Source of the DNA: a virus
Taxonomy: Duplodnaviria; Heunggongvirae; Uroviricota; Caudoviricetes
Strand: one strand, 5' to 3'
Virus record (IMG/VR): IMGVR_UViG_2529292829_000008
Length of the DNA stretch: 25,283 nt
The notes beneath the pieces are model-generated. The model was not told the DNA's origin. It ran no database searches and saw only the letters and a program-made list of their open reading frames with translations. Positions within the stretch are counted from its first letter, which is position 1; each line of letters begins with the position of its first letter. Below, one piece after another: positions 18,370-25,283 of this stretch. The position numbers were made by a program, and so were the translations under genes.

Positions 18370-18502
18370 CGGTGATCTGAACGCATTGCTAGATGAAACG
18401 GAGGCCGCCTGGGCGGTCTGTGCAGACAAAGTGGACATGATTATTGCGTGTCAGGAGCGAAACAGTGAACAAACCACAGTCCCTGCGCCACGCCCTCAAT
18501 AA
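18212..18502 (+). CDS. lysC: LysC, Rz1-like outer-membrane lipoprotein spanin, overlapping lysB in another frame
   Basis: Lipobox LLTLSGC, then ...QLTVSGCPRVTPC...PRTNGDLNALLDETEAAWAVCADKVDMIIACQ..., close to my recollection of P2 LysC; starts inside lysB and extends past its stop. Confidence 0.65.
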   Translation: MRTRIYAAGLILLCLLTLSGCGNVRHSPEVQLTVSGCPRVTPCRLEQAAPRTNGDLNALLDETEAAWAVCADKVDMIIACQERNSEQTTVPAPRPQ

Positions 18503-18896
18503 AGCAGTGCCTTATGTCCGCAATAACCCGGACAAACTGCATCTGTTTGTGGATAACGGTTCGCTGGTTGCCACCGGGGCCAGCTCCATGTCATGGGAGT
18601 ACCGTTATACCCTCAACGTGGTGATTGAGGATTTCAGCGGCGACCAGAATCTGCTGATGGCTCCCGTGTTGCTGTGGCTCAGAGAGAACCAGCCGGACGC
18701 CATCAACAACCCGGAGCTGCGCGAAAAACTGTTCACCTTTGAAGTGGATATTCTGCGCAATGACGTGTGTGATATCAGCCTGAATCTGCAGCTGACAGAG
18801 CGCGTACTGGTCAGCACTGACGGCACTGTGTCCAGTGTTGAAGCTGTAGCGGAACCCGATGAACCTGAAGAAATGTGGACGGTGAAACGTGGATGA
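18465..18896 (+). CDS. R: Tail completion protein R (P2 gpR-like)
   Basis: ORF 18444..18896; alignment with P2 gpR (...SLRRALTDAV...FVDNGS...YTLNV...PVLAWLRENQPD...) suggests the GTG at 18465 after AGGAGCG; the ATG at 18444 is the alternative start. Confidence 0.8.
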   Translation: MNKPQSLRHALNKAVPYVRNNPDKLHLFVDNGSLVATGASSMSWEYRYTLNVVIEDFSGDQNLLMAPVLLWLRENQPDAINNPELREKLFTFEVDILRNDVCDISLNLQLTERVLVSTDGTVSSVEAVAEPDEPEEMWTVKRG

Positions 18897-19338
18897 ACTG
18901 CAGAAGGTGGACGACTGGCTGAGTGCCTTGCTGGCGAATCTGGAGCCAGCCGCAAGAAGCCGCATGATGCGCCAGCTGGCGCAGGAACTGCGCCGGACAC
19001 AGCAGCAGAATATCAGGATGCAGCGCAACCCTGACGGCAGCAGCTATGAACCGCGACGGGTAACAGCACGCAGTAAAAAAGGCCGTATCAAACGTCAGAT
19101 GTTTGCAAAGCTGCGCACCACAAAATACCTGAAAACTGCCGCCAGCGCGGATTCTGCCAGCGTACAGTTTGAAGGTAAGGTACAGCGCATTGCCCGCGTT
19201 CACCATTACGGCCTGCGTGATCGCGTCAGTCGAAAAGGACCGGAGGTCCGCTATGCAGAGCGCCGCTTGCTGGGTTATAGTAATAATAGTTATCTAATCG
19301 TTAGTGATTTACTAATGAAATGGCTAACGCATCGTTAG
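18889..19338 (+). CDS. S: Tail completion / virion morphogenesis protein S (P2 gpS-like), C-terminus altered at the cargo junction
   Basis: 149-aa ORF (GTG start overlapping the R stop) with ...RVHHYGLRDRVSRKGPEVRYAERRLLG...; the last ~20 codons are AT-rich, consistent with replacement by the adjacent insertion. Confidence 0.8.
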   Translation: MDELQKVDDWLSALLANLEPAARSRMMRQLAQELRRTQQQNIRMQRNPDGSSYEPRRVTARSKKGRIKRQMFAKLRTTKYLKTAASADSASVQFEGKVQRIARVHHYGLRDRVSRKGPEVRYAERRLLGYSNNSYLIVSDLLMKWLTHR

Positions 19339-19349
19339 CCATTACGAGA

Positions 19350-20795
19350 TTAATGAGTTTTAAGTGCCTCTGTTAAAGATTTTCGATGATGTTCCCAAAA
19401 GGCAAAATCATTTACGTTTGAACTAAACCTCAAATGCTCTTCAGAATATATTGTTTCACGGTGATCGCATCCAAGAAGACATAGAATTAATCTGGTTAGA
19501 TATATTGTTAAGTGTTCACAAGCAACTGCAATGTTTATCAAGTTGTCACTTGGTATAATTACACCATGTATAATTATATTTCTGATTTCAGAAAGTCCTA
19601 GCTTACCAGATTCATTAAATAATGGCCATAAGTCATGAGTATGGATTAAATGTTCTTTAAGAAATTCTTGTGTGGCATCTTTTAATGATATTCTATTCAG
19701 TTCTCCTAGTTTGCTTTTTATTTTTCCTCTAGTTGTTGAATCTTTGATAACGTCCTTGGTGATGACTCTTTCAATTGTTTGTCTTAATGATTTAAACTCG
19801 CTTTCACATAGAATGAAGGTCGTATTGTTTTTTTCTTTATGAGTTAAGATAATAGATTCAAAAGATTGGAAAAGTGAAAGGTATCGAGACTCAAGATATT
19901 GGTTTGATGCATTGAGGACATTAATGGCTAATCGGATGTTCTGTCTGTAATGGGATGACAAATATGTGTGAAACATATTTTCAATATTTTCTTTGGCTTG
20001 TGATGGCATCATTAAGTGTTCTTTTTTGGTATCCTTAATAGGATTTTTTATCCTACAGCGAAAAACTGTATATACACCATCATTAGATTTTAGGTTCAAG
20101 TAACGACAAACTACTTTGTTACTATTGATAAATGATAAGATATCATTAAATGCGTCAATTTTGTCAATGTAGTTGTTTCTTACATCATCAATGGTTAAAT
20201 TAGAATTGTTGGGCTTTATTTTTAGGATTTGTTTTGTGCTGATTTCAAATTTTTCATTGCGTTCTAGTTTTAATTCGATATCTAATTTTATATCTTCGTC
20301 ATTGTTAAGTTTAACAATAATAGACTCTGGCTTTGTAAGAGTGATGTTACCATTCGAAGATAAATTGTACTGAATGTTAGGGGAAAGTAGTTGATGGTCA
20401 CTGTTGTAGAATGTTATTTCCGTATCAGGCGTATTATGTGCTTTATTATTTATAATGACTTCATTGGGAATGATGTTAAATGTATAGTATTGAGTTTTTC
20501 CTGAGTGACGGTCGACGATGTTTTCTATTCTACAATCGATTAGTTTTATCACTGAGCGAATATCACCATTTACATAATGAGTGCAAAATTCAATGTCTAA
20601 ATTATTTTTTCCATAAAGCTTGATGGTTTTTTTACTATAGGTCTTTATCTGAATCCTATCCCAGCTTTCTTTATTGTTGACAGTAACATTGCAAGTCATT
20701 TTGATACTGTTTTCTGTTTTTATATTATCGTCATTAATAGTAATTGGGTTGTGGTCATAAGAAAAAGTAACTTTAATTGATTCATACGTGTTCAC
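19350..20795 (-). CDS. Low-GC cargo protein with C-terminal HEPN-like R-N-x3-H motif (candidate abortive-infection RNase)
   Basis: 481-aa ORF, antisense to the flanking tail genes; GTG start with perfect AAGGAG SD; very AT-rich; N/K/I-rich N-terminal two-thirds; C-terminal region contains SEIRNIIIHG (DNA 19566-19583). ORF call is solid; function is a hypothesis. Confidence 0.6.
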   Translation of the reverse strand: MNTYESIKVTFSYDHNPITINDDNIKTENSIKMTCNVTVNNKESWDRIQIKTYSKKTIKLYGKNNLDIEFCTHYVNGDIRSVIKLIDCRIENIVDRHSGKTQYYTFNIIPNEVIINNKAHNTPDTEITFYNSDHQLLSPNIQYNLSSNGNITLTKPESIIVKLNNDEDIKLDIELKLERNEKFEISTKQILKIKPNNSNLTIDDVRNNYIDKIDAFNDILSFINSNKVVCRYLNLKSNDGVYTVFRCRIKNPIKDTKKEHLMMPSQAKENIENMFHTYLSSHYRQNIRLAINVLNASNQYLESRYLSLFQSFESIILTHKEKNNTTFILCESEFKSLRQTIERVITKDVIKDSTTRGKIKSKLGELNRISLKDATQEFLKEHLIHTHDLWPLFNESGKLGLSEIRNIIIHGVIIPSDNLINIAVACEHLTIYLTRLILCLLGCDHRETIYSEEHLRFSSNVNDFAFWEHHRKSLTEALKTH

Positions 20796-20810
20796 TGATG
20801 TTTATCTCCT

Positions 20811-20828
20811 TGTGTGGTAAGCGACACA
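20811..20828. promoter_or_regulatory. Candidate Ogr/B-dependent late promoter element (TGT-N12-ACA) upstream of V
   Basis: TGTGTGGTAAGCGACACA, sharing the TGTGTGGT start with the dyad at 13432; it is unusually close to the V ATG (20875) for a -55 centre and overlaps the SD of the divergent cargo gene. Confidence 0.4.
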
Positions 20829-20874
20829 ATATTATCAAATTTTGAATTAAGAAAAAGGCTGCCATAGTTGCCTT

Positions 20875-21453
20875 ATGAACGCACAACTGACCGAAATCAT
20901 GCGCCTTATCACCAACCTGATCCGCACAGGGGTAGTTACCGAAGTGGACAGGGAAAACTGGCTTTGCCGGGTGAAAACGGGCGAGCTTGAAACCAACTGG
21001 ATTAACTGGCTGACGCTGCGTGCCGGGAATGCCCGCACATGGTGGCGACCATCGGAAGGTGAGCAGGTGGTGCTGCTGAGTCTGGGCGGAAATCTGGAAA
21101 CCGCCTTTGCGCTGCCCGCTGTCTATTCGAATCAGTTCGCACCACCGTCGACGTCGGCGGACGCCTGCGTGACAGAACATCCTGACGGTGGCTGGTTTGA
21201 ATACGAACCCGCCACCGGGCGCTGGTATGTCAGGGGCATCAAATCAATGGTCATTGAGGCCGCTGACAACATCACCATGAAAACCAGTGAGTTTGTACTG
21301 GAGGCTGACCGCACGTGCATTAACAGCGAAGTGGTGATCAATGGTGGCGTTACCCAGGGCGGCGGAGCGATGAGTTCTAACGGGATTGTGGTTGATGCGC
21401 ATCAGCATACTGGCGTCCTGAAAGGCGGCGATACAACCGGAGGCCCGGTATGA
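20875..21453 (+). CDS. V: Baseplate spike / assembly protein V (P2 gpV-like)
   Basis: 192 aa; MNAQLTEIMRLITNLIRTGVVTEVD...WLTLRAGNARTWWRPSEGEQVVLLSLGG...SSNGIVVDAHQHTG... is colinear with P2 gpV. Confidence 0.9.
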   Translation: MNAQLTEIMRLITNLIRTGVVTEVDRENWLCRVKTGELETNWINWLTLRAGNARTWWRPSEGEQVVLLSLGGNLETAFALPAVYSNQFAPPSTSADACVTEHPDGGWFEYEPATGRWYVRGIKSMVIEAADNITMKTSEFVLEADRTCINSEVVINGGVTQGGGAMSSNGIVVDAHQHTGVLKGGDTTGGPV

Positions 21454-21809
21454 CGCTTTATTGCGGGATGAACAATACCAGCGGCAAAGTCATTACTGAT
21501 ATTGACCATCTGCGCCAGTCGGTGCGGGACATTCTGCTGACGCCGCAGGGTAGCCGCATTGCTCGCCGTGAATATGGTTCCCTGCTGTCGGCACTGATAG
21601 ACCAGCCACAAAATCCGGCGTTACGCCTGCAGGTCATGTCGGCAGTGTATGTGGCGCTGAGTCGCTGGGAGCCACGGCTGACGCTGGATTCCATCACCAT
21701 TAACAGCAATTTTGACGGTTCAATGGTGGTGGGACTGACTGGGCGGCGTAATAACGGTGTGCCTGTTTCCCTTTCCGTATCAACAGGAGCAGAGAATGGC
21801 AGTGATTGA
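21450..21809 (+). CDS. W: Baseplate wedge protein W (gp25/GPW family)
   Basis: 119 aa; ...ILLTPQGSRIARREYGSLLSALIDQPQNPALRLQVMSAVYVALSRWEPRLTL... matches P2 gpW; ATGA overlap with V. Confidence 0.9.
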   Translation: MTLYCGMNNTSGKVITDIDHLRQSVRDILLTPQGSRIARREYGSLLSALIDQPQNPALRLQVMSAVYVALSRWEPRLTLDSITINSNFDGSMVVGLTGRRNNGVPVSLSVSTGAENGSD

Positions 21810-22704
21810 CCTTTCGCAGTTGCCTGCGCCGCAGATTGTCGATGTGCCGGACTTTGAGACGTTGCTTGCCGAACGCAAGGCCGAATTTGTTGCGCTTCAT
21901 CCGAAAGATGAGCAGGAAGCAGTGATCCGCACGCTGGAACTGGAATCTGAACCAGTCACCAAATTGTTGCAGGAGAACGCTTACCGTGAGTTGCTTCTGC
22001 GCCAGCGCATTAACGAAGCCGCGCAGGCGGTGATGGTGGCTTACGCGATGGGCGGCGATCTTGACCAGCTCGCTGCCAACTACAACGTGAAACGCCTGAC
22101 GGTGACGCCTGCTGATAATGACGCTGTGCCGCCCGTTGCGGCTGTGATGGAAAGCGATGAAGCGTTACGCCTGCGTGTGCCTGCAGCCTTTGAAGGGCTT
22201 TCGGTTGCGGGGCCAACTGCCGCTTATGAATTTCATGCCCGAAGCGCCGACGGTCGGGTGGCGGATGCCAGTGCAACCAGCCCGGCACCTGCAGAGGTGG
22301 TGCTGACTGTCCTTAGCCGCGAAGGCGACGGAACTGCAGAAAAAGACTTGCTGGATGTGGTGGAGAACGCCCTGAACAGTGAGAACGTCCGCCCGGTGGC
22401 TGACCGTCTGACGGTTCGCAGCGCAGAAATCATCCCGTACCGAGTGGAAGCCACCATTTTTCTTTATCCGGGACCGGAAGCAGAGCCGGTAATGGCAGCG
22501 GCAAAAGCCAGCCTGCAGAAGTACATCGCCAGTCAGACGCGTCTTGGTCGGGATATTCGCCGTAGCGCCATCTTTGCCGCCCTGCATGTTGAGGGTGTGC
22601 AGCGTGTGGAGCTGGCTTCCCCTCTGGCGGATGTGGTCCTGAACAAAACACAGGCGGCATCATGTACGCAGTGGAGCGTAACCAACGGAGGAACGGATGA
22701 ATAG
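21796..22704 (+). CDS. J: Baseplate protein J (P2 gpJ-like)
   Basis: ORF 21757..22704; ATG at 21796 gives MAVIDLSQLPAPQIVDVPDFETLLAERKA..., matching the P2 gpJ N-terminus (MPIIDLNQLPAP...); ...RLGRDIRRSAIFAALHVEGVQRVELASPLADVVLN... is also conserved. Confidence 0.9.
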   Translation: MAVIDLSQLPAPQIVDVPDFETLLAERKAEFVALHPKDEQEAVIRTLELESEPVTKLLQENAYRELLLRQRINEAAQAVMVAYAMGGDLDQLAANYNVKRLTVTPADNDAVPPVAAVMESDEALRLRVPAAFEGLSVAGPTAAYEFHARSADGRVADASATSPAPAEVVLTVLSREGDGTAEKDLLDVVENALNSENVRPVADRLTVRSAEIIPYRVEATIFLYPGPEAEPVMAAAKASLQKYIASQTRLGRDIRRSAIFAALHVEGVQRVELASPLADVVLNKTQAASCTQWSVTNGGTDE

Positions 22705-23302
22705 TCTGCTGCCACCGGGTTCAACGCCACTGGAGCGCCGACTGGCGCAAGCGTGCAGCGGGATTTCTGATTTGCAGGTGCCGCTGCGTGACCTGTGGGA
22801 TCCGGCGACCTGTCCGGTCAGTTTCCTGCCTTATCTCGCCTGGGCGTTCTCTGTGGATCGCTGGGACGAGGGCTGGACAGAAAGCGTCAAGCGCCAGGTG
22901 GTGAAGGATGCTTTTTATATTCATCAGCATAAAGGAACCACCAGTGCCGTGCGGCGGGTGGTGGAGCCGTTCGGCTTCCTGATACGCATTATTGAGTGGT
23001 GGCAGACTGGAGAAACACCGGGCACGTTTCGCCTGGACATCGGCGTGCAGGACCAGGGCATCACTGAAGATACCTATCTGGAACTTGAGCGGCTGATAAG
23101 CGATGCCAAACCATGTAGCCGTCACATGATCGGCATGTCCATCAATCTGCAAACTAGTGGCCCGCACTGGGTAGGGGTCGCCAGCTATCTTGGTGAAGAA
23201 ATCACGATCTATCCGTATATCAACGAAACAATTATTTCTGGCGGCACCGCGCATGAAGGCGGGGCGGTCCATGTTATTGACACAATGAGAGTGAATCCAT
23301 GA
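22697..23302 (+). CDS. I: Baseplate / tail protein I (P2 gpI-like)
   Basis: 201 aa; ...LWDPATCPVSFLPYLAWAFSVDRWDEGW...HQHKGTTSAVRRVVEPFGFLIRIIEWW...GTFRLDIGV... matches P2 gpI. Confidence 0.9.
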   Translation: MNSLLPPGSTPLERRLAQACSGISDLQVPLRDLWDPATCPVSFLPYLAWAFSVDRWDEGWTESVKRQVVKDAFYIHQHKGTTSAVRRVVEPFGFLIRIIEWWQTGETPGTFRLDIGVQDQGITEDTYLELERLISDAKPCSRHMIGMSINLQTSGPHWVGVASYLGEEITIYPYINETIISGGTAHEGGAVHVIDTMRVNP

Positions 23303-24642
23303 GCACAAAATTTTATACCCTGCTGACGGATATTGGCGCGGCGAAACTTGCCAGCGCCGCCGCGCTCGGTGTGCCGCTAAAAATTACCCATATGGCGGTG
23401 GGCGATGGCGGTGGAGTATTGCCAACGCCGGACGCAAAGCAGACGGCACTGGTAAATGAGAAACGCCGGGCTGCGCTGAATATGCTCTATATCGACCCGC
23501 AAAACAGCAGCCAGATTATTGCTGAACAGGTGATCCCTGAAAACGAGGGCGGTTGGTGGATACGTGAAGTGGGCCTGTTTGATGAATCCGGGGCATTGAT
23601 TGCCGTGGGCAACTGCCCGGAAAGCTATAAGCCGCAACTGGCTGAAGGCAGCGGGCGCACCCAGACCGTGCGCATGGTGCTGATTACCAGCAGCACGGAC
23701 AATATCACCCTGAAAATTGACCCTGCCGTCGTGCTGGCAACCCGCAAGTATGTGGATGACAAGGTACTGGAGCTGAAGGTGTTCGTGGATGATAAGATGG
23801 CAAAACATCTTGCCGCACCGGACCCGCATTCACAGTATGCACCCAAAGAAAGCCCGACATTGACCGGAACACCCAAAGCGCCAACGCCAGCGGAGGGGAA
23901 TAACACCACGCAGATTGCGACCACCGCGTTTGTTCAGGCGGCACTGATGGCCCTTATTAATGGTGCGCCAGCCACACTGGATACGCTGAAAGAAATTGCC
24001 GCTGCCATTAATAATGACCCGAAATTCAGTACCACCATTAACAATGCGCTGGCACTGAAAGCGCCGCTGTCGAGTCCGGCACTCACCGGAACGCCAACAG
24101 CTCCCACGGCGGCGCAGTCGGTCAACAATACACAGATTGCCACTACCGCTTTTGTGAAATCGGCAATTGCAGCAATGGTGGGTTCTGCACCTGCGGCACT
24201 GGATACGCTGAACGAACTGGCAGCGGCGCTGGGGAATGATCCGAACTTTGCCACGACAATGCTTAATGCGCTGGCAGGTAAACAACCGCTGGACAATACG
24301 CTTACCAATTTGAGTGGAAAGGATGTAGCTGGTCTTCTCACATACCTTGGTTTTGGAGAAGGTGCTAACTGGGTTATGTTACCTGGAGGAATGATAATTC
24401 AGCGTGTTTATCTTGGATTTCCTGTTGGCACCAATGCAAGACACATAACTTTCCCCCGGTCGTTTACAACAACGAACTATTCCATCTCAATTAACTGGAA
24501 TGATATCGGTACTGTAACAACTGAAACACTATCGCCAGCAAATGTGGCGGTTGTTCATCAAACAAAATCATTAACAGGGGCCAGCATCTGGCAGGCAGGT
24601 CCCGGGGGATTTAATGTGGACATTATAGCGGTGGGGTATTGA
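23299..24642 (+). CDS. H: Tail fibre protein H (conserved N-terminal part, tandem internal repeats, AT-rich variable C-terminal domain)
   Basis: 447 aa; N-terminus [24 protein letters not shown]... typical of P2-like fibre proteins; two ~73-aa repeats each containing [11 protein letters not shown]; composition shifts to AT-rich after about 24300. Confidence 0.85.
   Translation: MSTKFYTLLTDIGAAKLASAAALGVPLKITHMAVGDGGGVLPTPDAKQTALVNEKRRAALNMLYIDPQNSSQIIAEQVIPENEGGWWIREVGLFDESGALIAVGNCPESYKPQLAEGSGRTQTVRMVLITSSTDNITLKIDPAVVLATRKYVDDKVLELKVFVDDKMAKHLAAPDPHSQYAPKESPTLTGTPKAPTPAEGNNTTQIATTAFVQAALMALINGAPATLDTLKEIAAAINNDPKFSTTINNALALKAPLSSPALTGTPTAPTAAQSVNNTQIATTAFVKSAIAAMVGSAPAALDTLNELAAALGNDPNFATTMLNALAGKQPLDNTLTNLSGKDVAGLLTYLGFGEGANWVMLPGGMIIQRVYLGFPVGTNARHITFPRSFTTTNYSISINWNDIGTVTTETLSPANVAVVHQTKSLTGASIWQAGPGGFNVDIIAVGY
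23851..24290 (+). repeat. Tandem duplication (two units of about 220 bp / 73 aa) inside the tail fibre gene
   Basis: Unit 1 [73 protein letters not shown]; unit 2 [74 protein letters not shown]. Confidence 0.6.
24335..24360. other. Candidate Hin/Gin/Cin-family DNA-invertase crossover site inside the tail fibre gene
   Basis: TTCTCACATACCTTGGTTTTGGAGAA; by my recollection about 18 of 26 positions match Mu gix (TTCCTGTAAACCGAGGTTTTGGATAA), including the GGTTTTGGA core; sits at the constant/variable boundary of H where composition changes. Confidence 0.45.
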
Positions 24643-24643
24643 T

Positions 24644-25072
24644 ATGTACGTATGGAGCGCTAAAGCAAATGGCTTTTTCCCCATATCGGAGAAAGAAAAA
24701 TTTGAGGCATCAGGTCTGTGGCCTGATGATGGTGTAATAGTCAGTGAGGAAGAACATAAAAAGTTATTTATGGATATTCCACCAGGAAAACAGATTGGAA
24801 CACTGAATGGAAAACCAGCACTGATAGATATTCCTCAGCCGACCAAAAAGGAATTAATAGCTATTGCTGAAGTTAAAAAATCCCAATTACGGGAAAAAGC
24901 TGACAGTGAAATATCCTGGCGTCAGGATGCTGTTGATGCTGATATCGCAACTGATGAAGAAACTTCAACTCTCACCGAATGGAAGAAATACCGTGTGCTG
25001 CTGATGCGTGTTGATACTTCAACAGCACCCGATATTGAATGGCCTACGCCTCCGGCAGTTCAGGCCAGATGA
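24644..25072 (+). CDS. G: Tail fibre assembly (chaperone) protein G
   Basis: 142 aa directly after H; C-terminus ...[27 protein letters not shown] is the conserved tail-fibre-assembly ending. Confidence 0.8.
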   Translation: MYVWSAKANGFFPISEKEKFEASGLWPDDGVIVSEEEHKKLFMDIPPGKQIGTLNGKPALIDIPQPTKKELIAIAEVKKSQLREKADSEISWRQDAVDADIATDEETSTLTEWKKYRVLLMRVDTSTAPDIEWPTPPAVQAR

Positions 25073-25283
25073 CATCCGGCGCGGTGCTGGTATCTGTTGC
25101 CGTCACCGCGTCAATGTAATCCAGCACGGCGTTAAGTCGGGTTGTTTCTGCCTGAGTCAGTTTCCGTCCGGCCTGTAATTTCAGCTGAATCAGACTAATG
25201 GAAGCCATTGCTGCATCAATCAGTGACTGGCGCTGTGCTTCTGCTGCTTCTACTGCGGCGTTATGCTGTGCCTCAGTATCTGT
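25044..25283 (-). CDS. Second tail fibre assembly protein, convergent, 3' end only (5' end beyond window)
   Basis: Manual minus-strand translation, open to the window edge: [79 protein letters not shown], stop at 25044-25046; same C-terminal family signature as G and overlaps the G 3' end by about 29 bp. Absent from the ORF track because no start codon lies inside the window. Confidence 0.7.
   Translation of the reverse strand, partial: TDTEAQHNAAVEAAEAQRQSLIDAAMASISLIQLKLQAGRKLTQAETTRLNAVLDYIDAVTATDTSTAPDVIWPELPEA

Larger units (their letters stand above)
1..25283. mobile_element. P2/186-like prophage, partial: integrase end through tail fibre genes; tail sheath/tube and the far junction lie outside the window
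   Basis: Gene order and orientation match P2/186 (int, cI, apl, cII, A, cos, Q, P, O, N, M, L, X, lysis, R, S, V, W, J, I, H, G); translated ORFs show family-typical motifs; window begins at the integrase stop codon. Confidence 0.9.

Noticed and set aside
19350-20795. Interpreting the AT-rich insertion between S and V as an IS element or transposon
   Set aside because: No terminal inverted repeats, no clear target-site duplication and no transposase-like motifs; it is a single protein-coding cargo gene.
22721-23308. 195-aa minus-strand ORF antisense to baseplate gene I, and the nested minus-strand ORFs inside H (23377..23829, 23625..23924, 23705..23944, 23830..24285, 23934..24341)
   Set aside because: The plus-strand frames match conserved P2 gpI and gpH; the antisense frames are Cys/Arg- or Ala/Ser-rich low-complexity translations of repeat-encoding DNA.
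1-25283. CRISPR arrays, tRNA or rRNA genes
   Set aside because: No regularly spaced direct-repeat array or tRNA-like cloverleaf was seen by eye; the attachment-site tRNA, if any, would lie before position 1, outside the window.

Overview
This window is an almost complete stretch of a P2/186-like (Peduovirus-type) temperate prophage, most likely from an enterobacterium; all identifications are from reading the sequence and recalled family features, no searches were run. Gene order is: integrase and a 186-style immunity switch (cI, apl, cII), early genes with a TraR-like zinc finger, an orphan Dam methyltransferase and the rolling-circle initiator A, a LexA-boxed DinI-like module, the cos site, portal and terminase, scaffold/capsid/head completion, the lysis cassette, tail completion genes R and S, and baseplate and tail fibre genes. 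Three AT-rich cargo insertions interrupt this GC-rich backbone. The strongest candidates for an undescribed system are two large low-GC cargo genes: a 481-aa gene inserted between S and V carrying an R-N-x3-H (HEPN-like) motif, and a 565-aa gene between cos and the portal gene that may be an AIPR-type abortive-infection protein. Other notable signals are a Hin/Gin-type crossover-like site in the tail fibre gene with a convergent second tail-fibre-assembly gene (probable invertible host-range segment), a near-consensus LexA box, and two TGT-N12-ACA late-promoter dyads. GC statements are by-eye estimates.
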